This document shows positions 21,250-34,400 of a stretch of 64,000 bases of DNA, one piece after another. Made by a program: the position numbers and the translations under genes. Position 1 is the stretch's first letter; the number at the start of each line of letters is the position of its first letter. The stretch comes from Mobula hypostoma (lineage: Eukaryota), in NCBI RefSeq assembly GCF_963921235.1, contig NC_086097.1, positions 106,642,001 through 106,706,000 of the forward strand, in the 5' to 3' direction. The notes beneath the pieces were generated by a model that did not search any database, was not told the DNA's origin, and saw nothing but the letters and a program-made list of their open reading frames with translations.

Positions 21250-22209
21250 ATTAAGACATTTGGCCCACTGAGTTTGATGTGCCATTTCATATGGCTGATC
21301 CATTTTCCTCTCAATCCCAATGCCCTGCCTTCTCCCTAAAACCTTTGACGCGCTGACTAATTAAGAACCTATGAAACCCGCCTTAAAAATACCCAATGAC
21401 CTGGCCTACACAGCCACTTGTGGCAAAAAATTCCACAGATCCAGCACCCTCTGGTGAAAGAAATTCCTCCTCATCTCCTAAATGGGCACCCCTCCGCCCC
21501 CCAGTTTATTCTGAAGCTGTGCTCTCTGGTCTTAGACTCGCCCACCATAGGAAACATCCTCTTCACATTCACTCTATCTAGCCTTTCACCATTCAATAGG
21601 TTTCAGTGAGATTCCCCCCAAATCTTCTAAATTCCAGCGAGTAAATTCCGGGCCCAGAACTATCAAAAGCTCCTCTTACGATAACCCTTTATTTCCTGGA
21701 ATCAATCTCGTGAACCTCCTCTGAACTTTCTCCAATATCAGCACATCCTTTCTTTGATAAGGGGCCAAAAACTGCTCACAATACTTCAAGTGAGGATTCA
21801 CCAGTGCCTTATAAAGCCTCAAGATTATATCCTTGCTTTTATATTCTAGTTGTCGAATGCTAACATTGCATTTGCATTCCTCACCACCAACTTAACCTGC
21901 AAATTAACCTTTAGGGTTAATTTCCCAAGTCCCTTTACACTCGGATTATTGAATTTTCTCCCCATTTAGAAATAGCCAATGCTTTTATTTCTTCTATTGA
22001 AGTGCATAACCATACACTTCCTGACACTATATTCCATCTGCCACCTCTTTGTCCATTCTGTTAATCTAAGTCCTTCTGCAGCCCCTCTACTTCCTCAACA
22101 CTACCTGCCCCTCCATCTACCTTCATATCATCTGCAAACTTGGCCACAATGTCATCAATTCCACCACCCAAATCATTGATATACAATGTAAAAAGAAACA
22201 GTCCCAACA
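21250..22209 (-). mobile_element. CR1 RT/3' fragment (third family), moderately decayed
   Basis: Reverse of FADD (tcatctgcaaac), WNFLP (ttccacagat) and the 3' UTR; many stops. Confidence 0.85.
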
Positions 22210-23805
22210 CAGGTTTCCCCCACCACCCGAAGGTACAGCGTTCCTATGAAATGGTTCGTAAGCCGGAATGTCGTAAAGCGAAGAAGCAATTACCATTTAT
22301 TTATATGGGAAAATTTTGTGAGCGTTCGCAGACCCAAAAATAACCTACCAAATCATGCCAAATGACACATAAAACCTAAAATAACAGTAACATATAGTAA
22401 AAGCAGGAATGATATGATAAATACACAGCTTATATAAAGTAGAAATACTTTTCCACAATCATTGCCTGAACTGTTCTCCGTAGCAAAAATCTCACGCAAG
22501 CACCATCGGCAGAAACACAGCACAAGCGCTCTCCAGTAACCTTTATGCTATGAAGCTGCCAAATCATACCAAATAACACGTAAAAATACACAGCCTATAT
22601 AAAGTAGAAATAATGTATGTACAGTGTAGTATCACTGACCGGAATCGGGAAAGCGCGGAGCACACTGATGGTGGTGTGTTAGACTGAGTCGTCGGAGTTT
22701 GGGTGCTGCAGTGGCCCCCACCCTCTGGGCAGCGAACCCATACCGATCCATGAAGCATGCAGCGGTAGTCGGGAGGCACACAGCACATCTTTAAGAGAAA
22801 AGCCAAAATAAACATGCTAATTAATTAGGTGCCGCCCAGCACGTAATTGTTGGCCTAGATCAGTGCCGATTTCCGATTTCATCGTCTCTGATCCGGGCCA
22901 ACAATTACATGTCGGGCGACACCTAATTAATTAGCATGTTTATTTCGGCCTTTTTCTTAAAGGTGTGCTGTGTGCCTCCCGGCTACCTCTGCATTCTCCG
23001 CGAATCGCGGGGTGGTGGGACACTGGGGTGTCATCTTGTCGTCTGTTTCCATTAGAGCAGGCAGCTCATCTTCTCCTATGACTGCCTGCCTCGATGTTGA
23101 AGGTCGAGGTTCGTTGTCTGCTGTGGCTGATGTGGAAGGCTTGCTTGACTGCTGAGCCTCGCGCATTTTTCTATCATACAGTTCTTTGTAAGGACTCAAA
23201 CCATCCTGCAAATATCCCCTAAACCTACGTACCCTTTCAAAAATAAAGTCGTACTTTATCATTGCAGCACAAATCTCACACAGTTGCTTCGCGTTCAGTT
23301 CGCTACTGCATTCGGTTTCGATTGTTATCCTTTCTTCTTCCAATTGCATCAGCTCTTCATCTATCAGTTCTTGGTCATGGGATGCCAAAACCTCTTCAAC
23401 GTCATGTTCGTCAGCTTCCACAAGCCAAACTCACTTTGTCCTTGCTTCGTTCACCACGATCAAAACGCTTAATTATGTCTAGTTTTACGCTAAGCGTTAC
23501 ACCCTTACGAGCTCTTTCAGGCTTTTCCGATACCATAGAACTCATCTTGTAAACGGCTGCTCACAGACACGTGTTTAAGCAATGCCGGCTAGAATGCTGT
23601 TCCGAATCCGGGGGAGAGCAGCTACTCGGAGTGCACGCTGCCTTTTATCGTGCGTTGATTTTTTTGCGCGCCGATTTTCCCCACGCGCTGCTTTCTTTTC
23701 ACAACAGTGAAAACACCTTCTGTTAGCGAAAACGGGGTACTAATGTAGGTCTTTCGTAACAGTGAGGTTTCATAAAGCAAACATTCGAAAAGTGGGGGAC
23801 ACCTG
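22210..23805 (-). mobile_element. Tigger/pogo-like DNA transposon, internal deletion derivative lacking the DDE domain
   Basis: TIRs CAGGT(T/G)TCCCCCAC at both ends, TA at 23806-23807; minus strand encodes CENP-B-type HTH start RKGVTLSVKLDIIKRFDRGER joined to TIGD1-like C-terminus DVEEVLASHDQELIDEELMQLEEE..YKELY. Confidence 0.85.
22757..22994. repeat. Long inverted repeat (107-bp arms, 24-bp spacer) inside the Tigger derivative
   Basis: 22757-22863 is the near reverse complement of 22888-22994. Confidence 0.92.
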
Positions 23806-24390
23806 TAGCTGCAATATTACCTCTCGGCTCTTAAACTCAATCCCACAATTGATGAAGGCCAATGCACCACAGAGCCTTAACCACAGAGTCAACCTGCGTA
23901 GCAGCTTTGAGTGTCCTATGGACTCAGACCCCAATATCTCTCTGATCCTCCACACTGCCAAGAGTCTTGCCATTAATGCTAAATTATATTTTATGTTGGC
24001 ATTGACTTCCCTTATCAGTCACAGTTGCCTCATCCTCCCTTTAGAATATTTCTTCATCTTTGGGTACATCTATCCTGCACTTCTCAAATTGCCCCCAGAA
24101 GCTCCAGCCATTGTTCGTCTGATGTTATCGCTGATAATGTCCCATTCCAATCAACTCCTGCCAACTCCTTTCTCATGCCTCCATATTTGAATGCAGACAG
24201 TATTTGGAATAAGGTACAAGATCTTGTAGCGCAACTAGAGATTGGCAGGTATGATGTTGTAGGTATCACTGAATTGTGACTTAAGGAAGTTCATAGCTGT
24301 GAGCTTAACATCCAAAGATATACATTGTATTGAAAGGATAGGCAGGTAGATAGAGGGTTGCCGTGGATCTGTGGGTGAAAGATGAAATCA
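23806..24390. mobile_element. Mosaic of CR1 fragments (two minus pieces, then a plus endonuclease piece)
   Basis: 23806-23985 matches 13780-13925; 23990-24182 is ORF2 linker (minus); 24183-24390 reads YLNADSIWNK..YDVVGITE (plus). Confidence 0.8.
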
Positions 24391-24391
24391 A

Positions 24392-24720
24392 TGGTTGCTG
24401 CAGCTACTGTGCTATACAAAATGCACACCAGCCACAGCCCTGCAGACCTTCACACCATGCTGCCTTCATCTTATGAGAGATGACACACCACACGATCAAG
24501 TTTATCTATGCCTGCTCATGCTGTTTCTATGCCTGATGAGACAACCTACACACTGGATAGAAGCTTCCTTCACTGTGCTGTCAGAATTTGGAACAGCCTT
24601 CCAAATGCTGTGGTTGGAAACATCTGCGATGATGGGATCCAAGCCTTCAAGAGTAGAGTGCACAAACACCTATTATCTCTGGGAGGGAAGTCACATGCTT
24701 CTTCATAAGCTATCACAAAG
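24392..24720 (+). mobile_element. 3' end of a distinct CR1-group LINE
   Basis: VAAATVLYKMH...TLDRSFLHCAVRIWNSLP...IQAFKSRVHKHL, a typical non-LTR ORF2 C-terminus, unlike the other CR1s here. Confidence 0.65.
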
Positions 24721-25177
24721 GGGACCAGGATGGCAATGCTTGGTTGTTGGTAGGTAAGGTTAATACTGGACTTTCAAGAGCACTTCTGAGTTATGTTCCG
24801 GCTGGACTTAGTCCTTAAGCTGCTGGAGAACAGTGCAGAAAGAAGAGGTGCTGCTTTCTCCCAGCAGGGTTTAGTTCTTAGTTCCAAGTGCTCCTGCCAC
24901 ATTTTGTCACCCTACAACCTTATCCTTATCCTTCTCTTTGAATTATGGAGGACAGCATGTGTATAAACGTCTCTCTCCAGCAGACTTCATCATGATCATC
25001 ATGACTCTAGTATTTCTACTATTTTTAATGTTTCTCAATTGTACATATGACTTTTTTGTGTTCTATCGCTGAGCAGCAGTGAACCATCTGATTGGCCTAT
25101 CAGAGTTCTCTTTGGGAACTAGTTGACTTGATCAGCATTTCTGATCTGGCTATTGTTCACGATTGCATTTAATTTTT

Positions 25178-25790
25178 TAACAAAGTCCTTAGAAAGGGGT
25201 GACATAGGATCAGAAAAAATGTAGAATCCTTGTGTGTAGAGTTAAGAAACTGTAAGGGTAAAAAGACCCTGCTGGGAGTTATATACAGGCTTCTGAACAT
25301 TAGCAATGGATATAGCAATTTGGAAGGCACAGGGTATACACATCCCAAGGAGAAAGAAGTATTCTAAAGGCAGAACAACAGAGCTGAGGCTGACTTGAGA
25401 ACTCAAAGCCAACATAAAAGCCAAAGAGAGGACATAAAATAGAGCAAAAATCAGGGGGAAGTTAGAGGATTGGGAAGCTCTTAAAAACCAACAGAATGCA
25501 ACTAAAAAAGTCATAAAGAAGGAAAAGATGGAACATAAGGGTAAGCTAGCCAATAATGTTAAAGACGATACAAAAAGTTTCTTCAGATACATAAAGTGTA
25601 AAAGAGAGGCGAGAGTAGATATCGTACCACAGGAAAATGCTGCTGAAGAGGTAGTAATGGGGGAGATAAGTATTTCGCATCAGTCTTCACTGTGGAAAAT
25701 ACTAGCTGTATGCTGGACGTTCGAGGGTTTCAGGGGACAAAAGTGACAAAAAGGAACAAAAAAGTTGCCATTTCTAGGGAGAAGAAGATT
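25178..25790 (+). mobile_element. CR1 ORF2 fragment continuing the endonuclease piece at 24183-24390
   Basis: ESLCVELRNCKGKKTL and KLANNVKDDTKSFFRYIK motifs, with deletions. Confidence 0.8.
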
Positions 25791-27979
25791 AGCAATAAGG
25801 ATAAAGGGTTGAAATATTAAGTAAAATTAGTTGACAGGCAAAGTAACATTAAGACTTAACCCTTTCACAAAAGCAGAAGATCTTAAGGCCTGTTTCTATG
25901 TGAACTGTAATTATGGACCACAGGCCGTGAATTTTGTGTTAATAACATTAGAGAGTACATCACACCTTGCTTGTCATCACCAAGCATGGCTGGTGGTCTT
26001 GGTGGGAAATTCAGAGGACTTGCTCACAAACAGCTTGATCAGCATGAGCAACTACATTAATGCAACACAGTAAAGAATTACCAGTGTTTGATTTACTAAC
26101 AACTGAATCACTGGTGTAGAATGAATCAGCAAAGAAAATACAAATATGGTTTGTATTTATGTTTCCTGGAGATGCAAATAATGAGATGTAACTAATATTC
26201 CCACCTCATGCTTTCCCATTACCAATGAGAGGCATCCATGGAATTCAATTAAGTGTGGCACTTGTGAAGGAGATCATGCAAGCATCTTCAAAGTTTTATT
26301 CAATTAAAGTTGCAGAGAATATTTGTGTGAATCTGAGATATTCTGGCAAAATTTTGAAGCAAATGGCCAGTCAATATACGACACCTAAAATTACATATTA
26401 ACAAATATGTGGGCATTAGAAGGCTTGACAGTGTGAAAAAACAGTTGGTTTTAGGAAACAGGTGACCAGATTTTAACAGTCTCAAATTACTTCCAGTATT
26501 CAAAAAATCATATATCACTGAAGACCAAACCTGTCTATCATGCCTTTGAAAGAACAATCCAAATAGTCCATGACCCCCCCATTCTTTCTTGCAGCCCTGC
26601 AAAACCTACCCTTTCAAAATGGATTCTATTTCCTTTTGAAAATCACTACTAAGCTACTCCATAGCATTTACAGTTAGAGTGACTTTTAGAGCTGAAGATG
26701 TGAATCTCCATAATGATCACAAACTGGAATTCAGTGTTGCCCATAACCTTCCCATTAAAGGCCTACATTGCTAACAGATGGATGTCTTTCATGAAACATT
26801 TGGTACAACATTCACAGATCAATGTTAAGAGTGCACTTTCATTTAGTTTACAAACATTTCTGATTCAATACATTCCGTGTGCAGAATAATTTTTGACTTT
26901 GCCAGCACATCCAGAGAACTGACCAGCTGTTGATTATATAAGGTCACATAATCTTTATGTGCACTTACATAGTTGGAAATTTTTCAGGTTAACACTTTCA
27001 CTAGCACTTCTAATAATATTTACTTGGTACCAAAACATCATTTTCATTTGTGTGCTGAAATCCTGAACTGGGATTTGAACCTCTCACTCTATCCAAAAAT
27101 AATAATGTTATTTCTATGTTTTGGCTGACATTTGCAAGTTTTTGATTGTTATTGGTACCAGACTGGTAATTTTTAAGATAACAAATATAGGTAGTAAAAG
27201 TATTGTGTAAATGTGGTTGACACCCCATTAATTGGGTAAGGGGGATGATTATTAATTGTTTATGATAGCTTTACCTCAGCTATACACTAAATTAAAACTT
27301 GAAGAATTATATCTGTATTATGCTGAGGATGACTTATATATTTATTGGAATGACATACACTAGATGCAAGACTTAATTATACAGATAAAGGGAATGGAAG
27401 TCTAATATTCATGTGGTCCTGAGAAACGACTATAATATAAAATAAATTACAGTAATTAAGTTCAAAATTAGCTTTCAAAAACAGTGAACAAAATCTATTC
27501 AAAATATACTTGTAGATACTCAGCCAAGGTGTTCAGTTATTTATACTGAAAATTGCCTGCATGCCCAGGCTTTATTCAAATGTAAAACAAATATTTGCAA
27601 AATTATCCAGGAAGTAAGTAGTCTTCTCTAAATTTGAACAAAAACATCACATGTACTGTTTACTATGATTGTTATATCAAGGTTTTCTTGAAGACATGAT
27701 GTTGACATCTAAAGGGAAGAATAAGGATAATACTGGAAAAGTGAGTGTGAATTGCATCCTGCTTAGATTCACAACTGATCTGCTGAAAATTATTCTGGAA
27801 ATTTGTGATCTGATCTTACTGGTGTGCCCAAATGGAGGTAATGGTACTGCAGATGACCTTGGCGCTAATAAGAGCAACCAATTTTCAGAAGTTCCTAGTA
27901 ATAAACGCAGCAGGTCTACAAGTCCTCAGGTTTATCATAATAACCACAGCATGATAATTATAGGGAAAATGCTGTGAAC

Positions 27980-28862
27980 AAAGACAGCCCTTGTACTTGA
28001 ATTTCATAGATCTCACTAAGGCATTCGATACAGTTGACTGCCAAGCTCTCTTGCTTATGCTATCAAGACATGGTTCCCTGACGAGTACTTACAAATACTG
28101 AGGCTGCTGCTTGATGGCATGTCAGCCACCATACTCTGCAATAGTGGTTCTGAATCAGAGCCCTTCACTGGCAATACAGGAGTCAAATAGAACTGTATCA
28201 CTGCACTTAGCCTATCTGCTACCTTTATTGCTGATGTCCTTCACCTCCTTGGCCAAGACCTATCTCAGAGAATCTCAATCGTATATTGAATGGACAAGAG
28301 GTTTTTCAACCTCAACTTTTCAAGGCCAAGAAGTATCAGTATGCAAATGACAATGACATCGCAATGACATCTGAAGATGACCCCTGGGTCTTGTTTTGAA
28401 TGTAAGAAAAGACAGGTCCTACATCAACCACTGCCCAACGAGCCTTTTACCGGCTGAGTAATGCTAATGGAGCCTATGTAAGATTAAGGAAAAGAGGCTT
28501 TGAAGATCATGACATACAGGTCCAAACAACACTTTTGGTCTAAAGAGCAGTTATCCTGCCTGCATTACTCAATGGATCTGAATCATCTGATACAGTAGGC
28601 ACCTGAAAACCCTGAAATAACACTACCTAAGTGCATTATGAGAACTTTGAGAATCAGCTGAAAGGCAGATACACTTATACCAATGCACTGGAGGAGGCCA
28701 ACTTGAACAGCATCTCCACCGTGATAAAGCAATACCAACTCTGATTTGATAGATCACGTCATTCAGATGCCTAACTCATGTCTCCCCAAACAGATCTGTT
28801 ACTCCCAGTTGAAGGAAGGTCAGTGAGTCCCTGGTGGGCAAAGGAAAATCTTCAAAGATAGC
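27980..28862 (+). mobile_element. Old RTE-clade LINE RT remnant
   Basis: FIDLTKAFDTVD, LQILRLL.DGMSAT, SEPF..NTGVK and HVIQMPNSCLPKQICYSQLKEG...GGQRKIFKD. Confidence 0.8.
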
Positions 28863-28865
28863 AAC

Positions 28866-31865
28866 AAAATCAGAATTATTATCTCCAGCATGTGTCGTGA
28901 AATTTGTTAACTTAGCCAGAGCAGTACAATGCAATACATGATAATATAGAAAGAAAAAAAGTAAGTAAATCAATTACAGTAAGTATATACATGTATATTC
29001 AATAGATTAACATTGTGCAAAAACAAAAGTAAAATATATTTTTAAAAAATGAAGTAGTGTTCATGGATTCAATGTCCATTTAGGAATTGAATGGCAGAGG
29101 GGAAGAAGCTGTTCCTAAATTGCTGAGTGTGTGCTTTCAGACTTCTGTACCTCCTTCCTGATGGTAACAATGAGAAAAGGGGGTGTCCTGGGTGATGGGG
29201 ATCCTTAATGTAGGACTCCACCTTTCTGAGGCACCACTTCTTGAAGATGTCTTGGATCCTATGGAGGCTAGTACCAAAAATGGAGCTGACTAATTTTACA
29301 ACATTATGTAGATTCTTTCAGTCCTGTGCAATAGCTCCCCCCCCCCCATACCACAGTGATGCAGCCTGCCAGAATGCTCTCCATGGTACATCTATGGAAG
29401 TTTGAATGTTTTACGGTGACAAACCAAATCTCCTCAAACTCCTAATGAAAGATGGTCACCATCTTGTCTTCTTTATAGCTGCATCAATATGTTGGGACCA
29501 GGTTAGATCCTCAAAGATCTTGACACCCAGGAACTTGAAATTACTCATTCTCTCCACTTCTGATCCTTCTAGAGGATTGGCTTGTGTTCCCTTGTCTTAC
29601 CCTTCCTGAAGTCCACAATCAGCTCTTTCATCTTACTGACAGTGAGTGCAAGGTTGTTGCTGCAGCACCACTTAACTAGCTGATAGATCTAGCTCTTGTA
29701 CACCCTCTCATCGCCATCTGAGATTCTAACAAGAATGGATGCGTCATCAGAAAATTTATAAATAGCATTTGAGCTATACCTAGCCACCCAGTCATGGGTA
29801 TAGAGGGAGTAGAGTAGTGAGCTAAGCACATACCCAAGGTGCACCAATGTTGATTGTCAACGAGGAGGATATATTATCATCAATCCACACAGATTTGGTC
29901 ATTTGGTTAGGAATTTGAGGATCCAATTGCAGAAGGATGTACACAAGCCCAGATTCTGTAGGTTATCAATCAGGACTGCTGGAATGATGGTGTTAAATGC
30001 TGAGCTATAGTCAACAAACAGCATCCTGACATAGTGTTTGTATTGTCCAGGTGATCTAGGGCCATATGAAGAGCCATTGAGATTGCGTCTGCCGTAGACC
30101 TATTTTGGTGATAGGCAAATTGCAGTGGGTCTGGGTCCTTGTAGGACCAACCTCATCACTATAAATCTGACTGCTACTGGGCGATAGTCATTAAAGGACC
30201 TCACTCTACTCTTCTTAACCACTGGTATATTTGTTGCCTTTTTGGAGCAGGTGGTAACTTCCAACCACAGAAGTGAGAGGTTGAAAATGTCCTTGAATAC
30301 TCCTGCCATTTGGTTGCCACAAGTTTTCAGAGCCTTACCAGGTACTCCATTGGGGTCTGCCACCTTGCAAGGGTTCACCCTCCTGAAAGACAGCCTAACA
30401 TTGGCCTCCAAGACAAAGATCACAGGGTCAACTGGTGTAGTAGGGATCTTCACAGCTGTAGTTTTGTTCTCCCTTTCACAGCAGGCATAGAAGGCGTCGA
30501 GCTCATCTGGTGGTGAAGCATTGCTGCCATTCATGCTATTGGGTTTCGCTTTCTAGGAAGTAATGTTCTGCAAACCCTTTCAGAATTGGCATGCATCCAA
30601 TGTCCCCTCCAACCTCACAGAGAATTGTTTCTTCGCTCTCGAAATAGCCATCCTCAAATAATTCCTGGTTTTCTTGTGGGTCACCAGACTTAAACGCCTC
30701 AGATCTGGCCCTCAACAAATGATGAACCTCCTGGTTCATCATGGCTTTTGGTTTGGGAATGTACTGCAAGTTTTCCTAGGCACACACTCATCCAAACAGG
30801 TTTTAATAAAGTCAGTAACAACTGCAGCATACTCATCCAGATTCAAAGATGATTCCCTGGAAACAATCCAAACCACTGATTCAAAGCAGTCCTGTATGCG
30901 CTCCTGTGATTCCCTTGTCCATACCTTCTTGTCCTCACTACTGGTGCTGCAGTCTTCAGTTTTTGCCTATACTCAGGGAGTAGAAGTACAGCTAGCTATC
31001 AGACTTTCCAAAGTGTAGGTGTGGATTAGCACGGTAGGCATTCTTGATGGTGGTGTAACAATGGTCCAGTGTGTTGTTTCCTCTGGAAGTACAAGTGATT
31101 TGTTGATGGTAATTATTTTGTGACTTTTTCAAGCTAGCCTGGTTAAAATCACCCAAAATGATGGGGAAGGCATCAGGGTGTGCTGTTCCGTGCATGTTAA
31201 TCCCATTGTTTAGATCATCCAGAGCCTGTCTGCCATTGGCCTGAGGTGGAATGTATAACACTACCAAACTGATCACAACAACCTCCCATCGTAGGTAAAA
31301 TGGCCAACACTTAATTGTGAGATACTCCAGGTCTGGTGAGTAGAACTGGGACATCACTGATATATTTGTGCACCAGGAGGAGTTGATCATGAGGTGTACA
31401 CCTCCACCTCTGCTTTTGAGAGACCTGATGGTCTTGTCCAGATGGTGTATAGTGGAACCTGTCAATCTGAATTGCTGCATCTGGTATGGAAGGGGTTAAC
31501 CAGGATTCTGTGAAACAAGTGATCATAATGTCCCTCTGATACAGCATTCTAGTTCTGAGATATTCGATTTTGTTTACTGGAGACTATGTTTGCCAGCAGA
31601 ATAGTCGGTATTGGGAGTTGAAAACCCTGTTCTCTTAAATGCACTTCTATCCCTGAGCAGCAGCCACATTTCTGACAAGGAGTCTGGCCATAATCGACAT
31701 TGCTTCCATCAGTTTTAAGCAGCGATAAATTATTTAAGACATCTTTATTAACTGTACAGAACTTGAAAGCAGTTGTGATTTTCAGCTGTATCAAGCTGAA
31801 ACGGGAATATTTAATCATATTCATCGAGCTGTACTGCACAAGATTGCAGTCTTCAAGGCACCCCT
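28866..31865 (-). mobile_element. Near full-length decayed Rex1/Babar-type LINE (AP endonuclease and RT)
   Basis: CFTESWL, RGGGV, LYIPPQAN, ILGDFN, TLDHCYT, FGKSD; FNDYRPVA; 3' UTR shared with 565-990. Confidence 0.88.
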
Positions 31866-32911
31866 TCAGCCTGAAGAAATGCAACATTACATCTAAAAAC
31901 TGGGAAGACTAACTACTTTACCTGCTGCATAGTTCCAAGTTGTTAAGTAAGGCAAGGTTTCCATAATTGTGCGATTGTGGATTATAATTAAAATTAAGTG
32001 TATATTAGAATCCATCTCCAGCCATCAGATCAGAGTCTAGAATGAAACATTAAATGGTCTAGAACTGAATGACCATGTACCTTCTTTTCTTATCTTTGGC
32101 AAAACAGGGTCAGACAGTAGTCATAGCTCACCTTGTGACAAGTTTTAAATTACTCCACGTACTTGCCTATCCTATCTCCTATTAGCTGAATATAGTTGCC
32201 TTCAAACTTGTATCTCAATCATGATTTCAAATTAATTTTAGAATACTGTTGGCTTTTGCTGAACATTGAGCAGTATTTCACAACCATAAAATTTTTTAAA
32301 AATTGAATGCTAGGAGATTACATTTTTCATGCCTGCTAATGAAAGGAAATTCTTTTATCACAAGGAAAAATAATATTTCAAATGTGATTACAAAATCAGT
32401 CTGCAGCATAGCAGGATAAGGTACTAAGCATACCACCCCAAGTCAGATTTGTATTTCAGGACAGCTTAATCATTGATCATACAGCTCCAACTCCATGTTT
32501 TTACTTAGCCGTTGAATTTGAGCATTTATAATTATGTATTTATTAAGGGATTTTCCCCCTCTATTCAACAACATTTAGTTGTTACTACAATTATTCTGAC
32601 AGGTTATGAAAGTAATTGAATCATAATATTTTGAGGTAGACACTGAACTAAATGGTTTCAATCATTACTGAACTTTATTTTATATTTGTCTGTTATATTT
32701 GACAACATATTTGTCTGGATGCATCTTACTAATATTCTATATGTACCTTTATACGTGAGGGCAGGGCCTCTAAGTGGCGATATCACAGGTCTGGTGTTGA
32801 GAACTGTCGAGAGATGATCTCAGTGGGCTAGGAGGTCTGGATTACATACATGCATATTCCGTTACTTTTACTAATATTCTATGCATGCTTGTACAGGTCA
32901 GGACTGGGCCT

Positions 32912-34400
32912 CTTTCTTTATTAATCTTTTTATTGATTTAAAAGGAGTATAAATACAAGCAAGAGGAGATTTATCCCAAATATATATATCAATAACAATA
33001 CAAAGAGTGAAATAGACATTCTCAAAATTATACATAGTGTTAAGCTAGTATATAACAAAAAAGAAGGTAGCTAATTCTCCTCATCGATTCATGGAGAGGA
33101 AAAAAAAAACTTTAAATTTTAAACGAAGAAACAGCCCCCCCCCCCCACTACACTATACACAAAAAAAGGAAGGAAAAAGAAAGAAAGGGACTGGGCAGTC
33201 CATTCTGAGGATACGACCAAAAAAAAAGAAAGACTTTCTGATCAAATCTAAAACTTCGAAAAGAAAATTGGAAGGGTAATAAATCAAATCAAATGAAAAT
33301 ATTGAATAAAAGGCGCCAGATTTGCTCAAATTTAAAGAATGTCTCAAATGTCTAACTTCTTATTTTCTCTAAATTTAAACAAGACATAATGGAGGAAAGC
33401 CAATAAAAGACAGTAGGTGGATTAGAATCCTTCCACTTCAGTAAAATGGCTCTCCTAGCCAATAAAGTTGAAAAGGCCATCATACGTTGAGGAGAAACAG
33501 GAATATTTCCTGGTTTCGATGGTATAATCCCAAATATTGCTGTAAGTAAATTAGGTTGTAGGTCCAGATCCAAGACTTCTGATAACTTGTTAAAAACATC
33601 TCTCCAAAAATTGTCCAGCTTTATACAAGACCAAAACATATGAGTTAAAGTAGCCACCTCAATATTACATCTGTCACAAATAGGATTGATGTTTGAAAAA
33701 ATACGTGCTAGTTTATCCTTTGACATATGGGTCCGATGCACTACCTTGAACTGTATCAAGGAATGGCGGGCACAAATAGATCAGTTATTAACCAAATGAA
33801 GGATTTTACTCCATTGATTGTCTGAGAATGACTCTTGAACGTCTAACTCCCAAGTACGTTTAATTTTATCGTTAGATATCACCTAAGTTACAGAGAAAGG
33901 TTGAACAAGTTAGGTCTTTATTCTTTGGAGCATAGAAGGTTGAGGGGGGACTTGACAGAGGTATTTAAAATTATGAGGGAGATAGATAGAGTTGACATGG
34001 ATAGGCTTTTTCCATTGAGAGTGGGGAAGATTCAAACAAGAGGACATGAGTTGAGAGTTAAAGGGCAAAAGTTTAGAGGGAACTTCTTTACTCAGAGAGT
34101 GGTAGCTGTGTGGAACGAGCTTCCAGTAGAAGTGGTTGAGGCAGGTTCGATGTTATCGTCTTGAAGTTAAATTGGATAGATATATGGACAGGAAAGGAAT
34201 GGAGGGTTATGGGCTGAGTGCAGGTTGGTGGGACTAGGTGAGAGTAAGAGTTCAGTACGGACTAGAAGGGCCGAGATGGCCTGTTTCCATGCTGTAATTG
34301 TTATATGGTTATATATCATCCGTAAATTCAATGTCCGTTTATAAATTATAGCTATCAACCCTTTTTGAAGTGGTTTAAGCTGAAAGAGAGCATTTGTCAT
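32912..34400 (-). mobile_element. L1/Tx1-type LINE 3' portion, interrupted by a CR1 at 33881-34312
   Basis: ORF 33352-33759 IQFKVVHR..CDRC..LTHMFWSC (CCHC zf-RVT); aataaa and A-rich tail at about 32915-32935. Confidence 0.85.
33881..34312 (+). mobile_element. CR1 3' fragment (fourth family, TTATATGG-type tail)
   Basis: LGLYSLEHRRLRGDL..FFTQRVVAVWNELP; short duplication atatca at the flanks. Confidence 0.88.

Noticed and set aside
31921..31965. ATG-initiated short frame METLPYLTTWNYAA ending at CAG|gtaaag (minus)
   Set aside because: No promoter or homology support
32720..32912. Two diverged copies of about 50 bp (ttactaatattctat...gggcctct)
   Set aside because: Only two degenerate copies; most likely a local duplication
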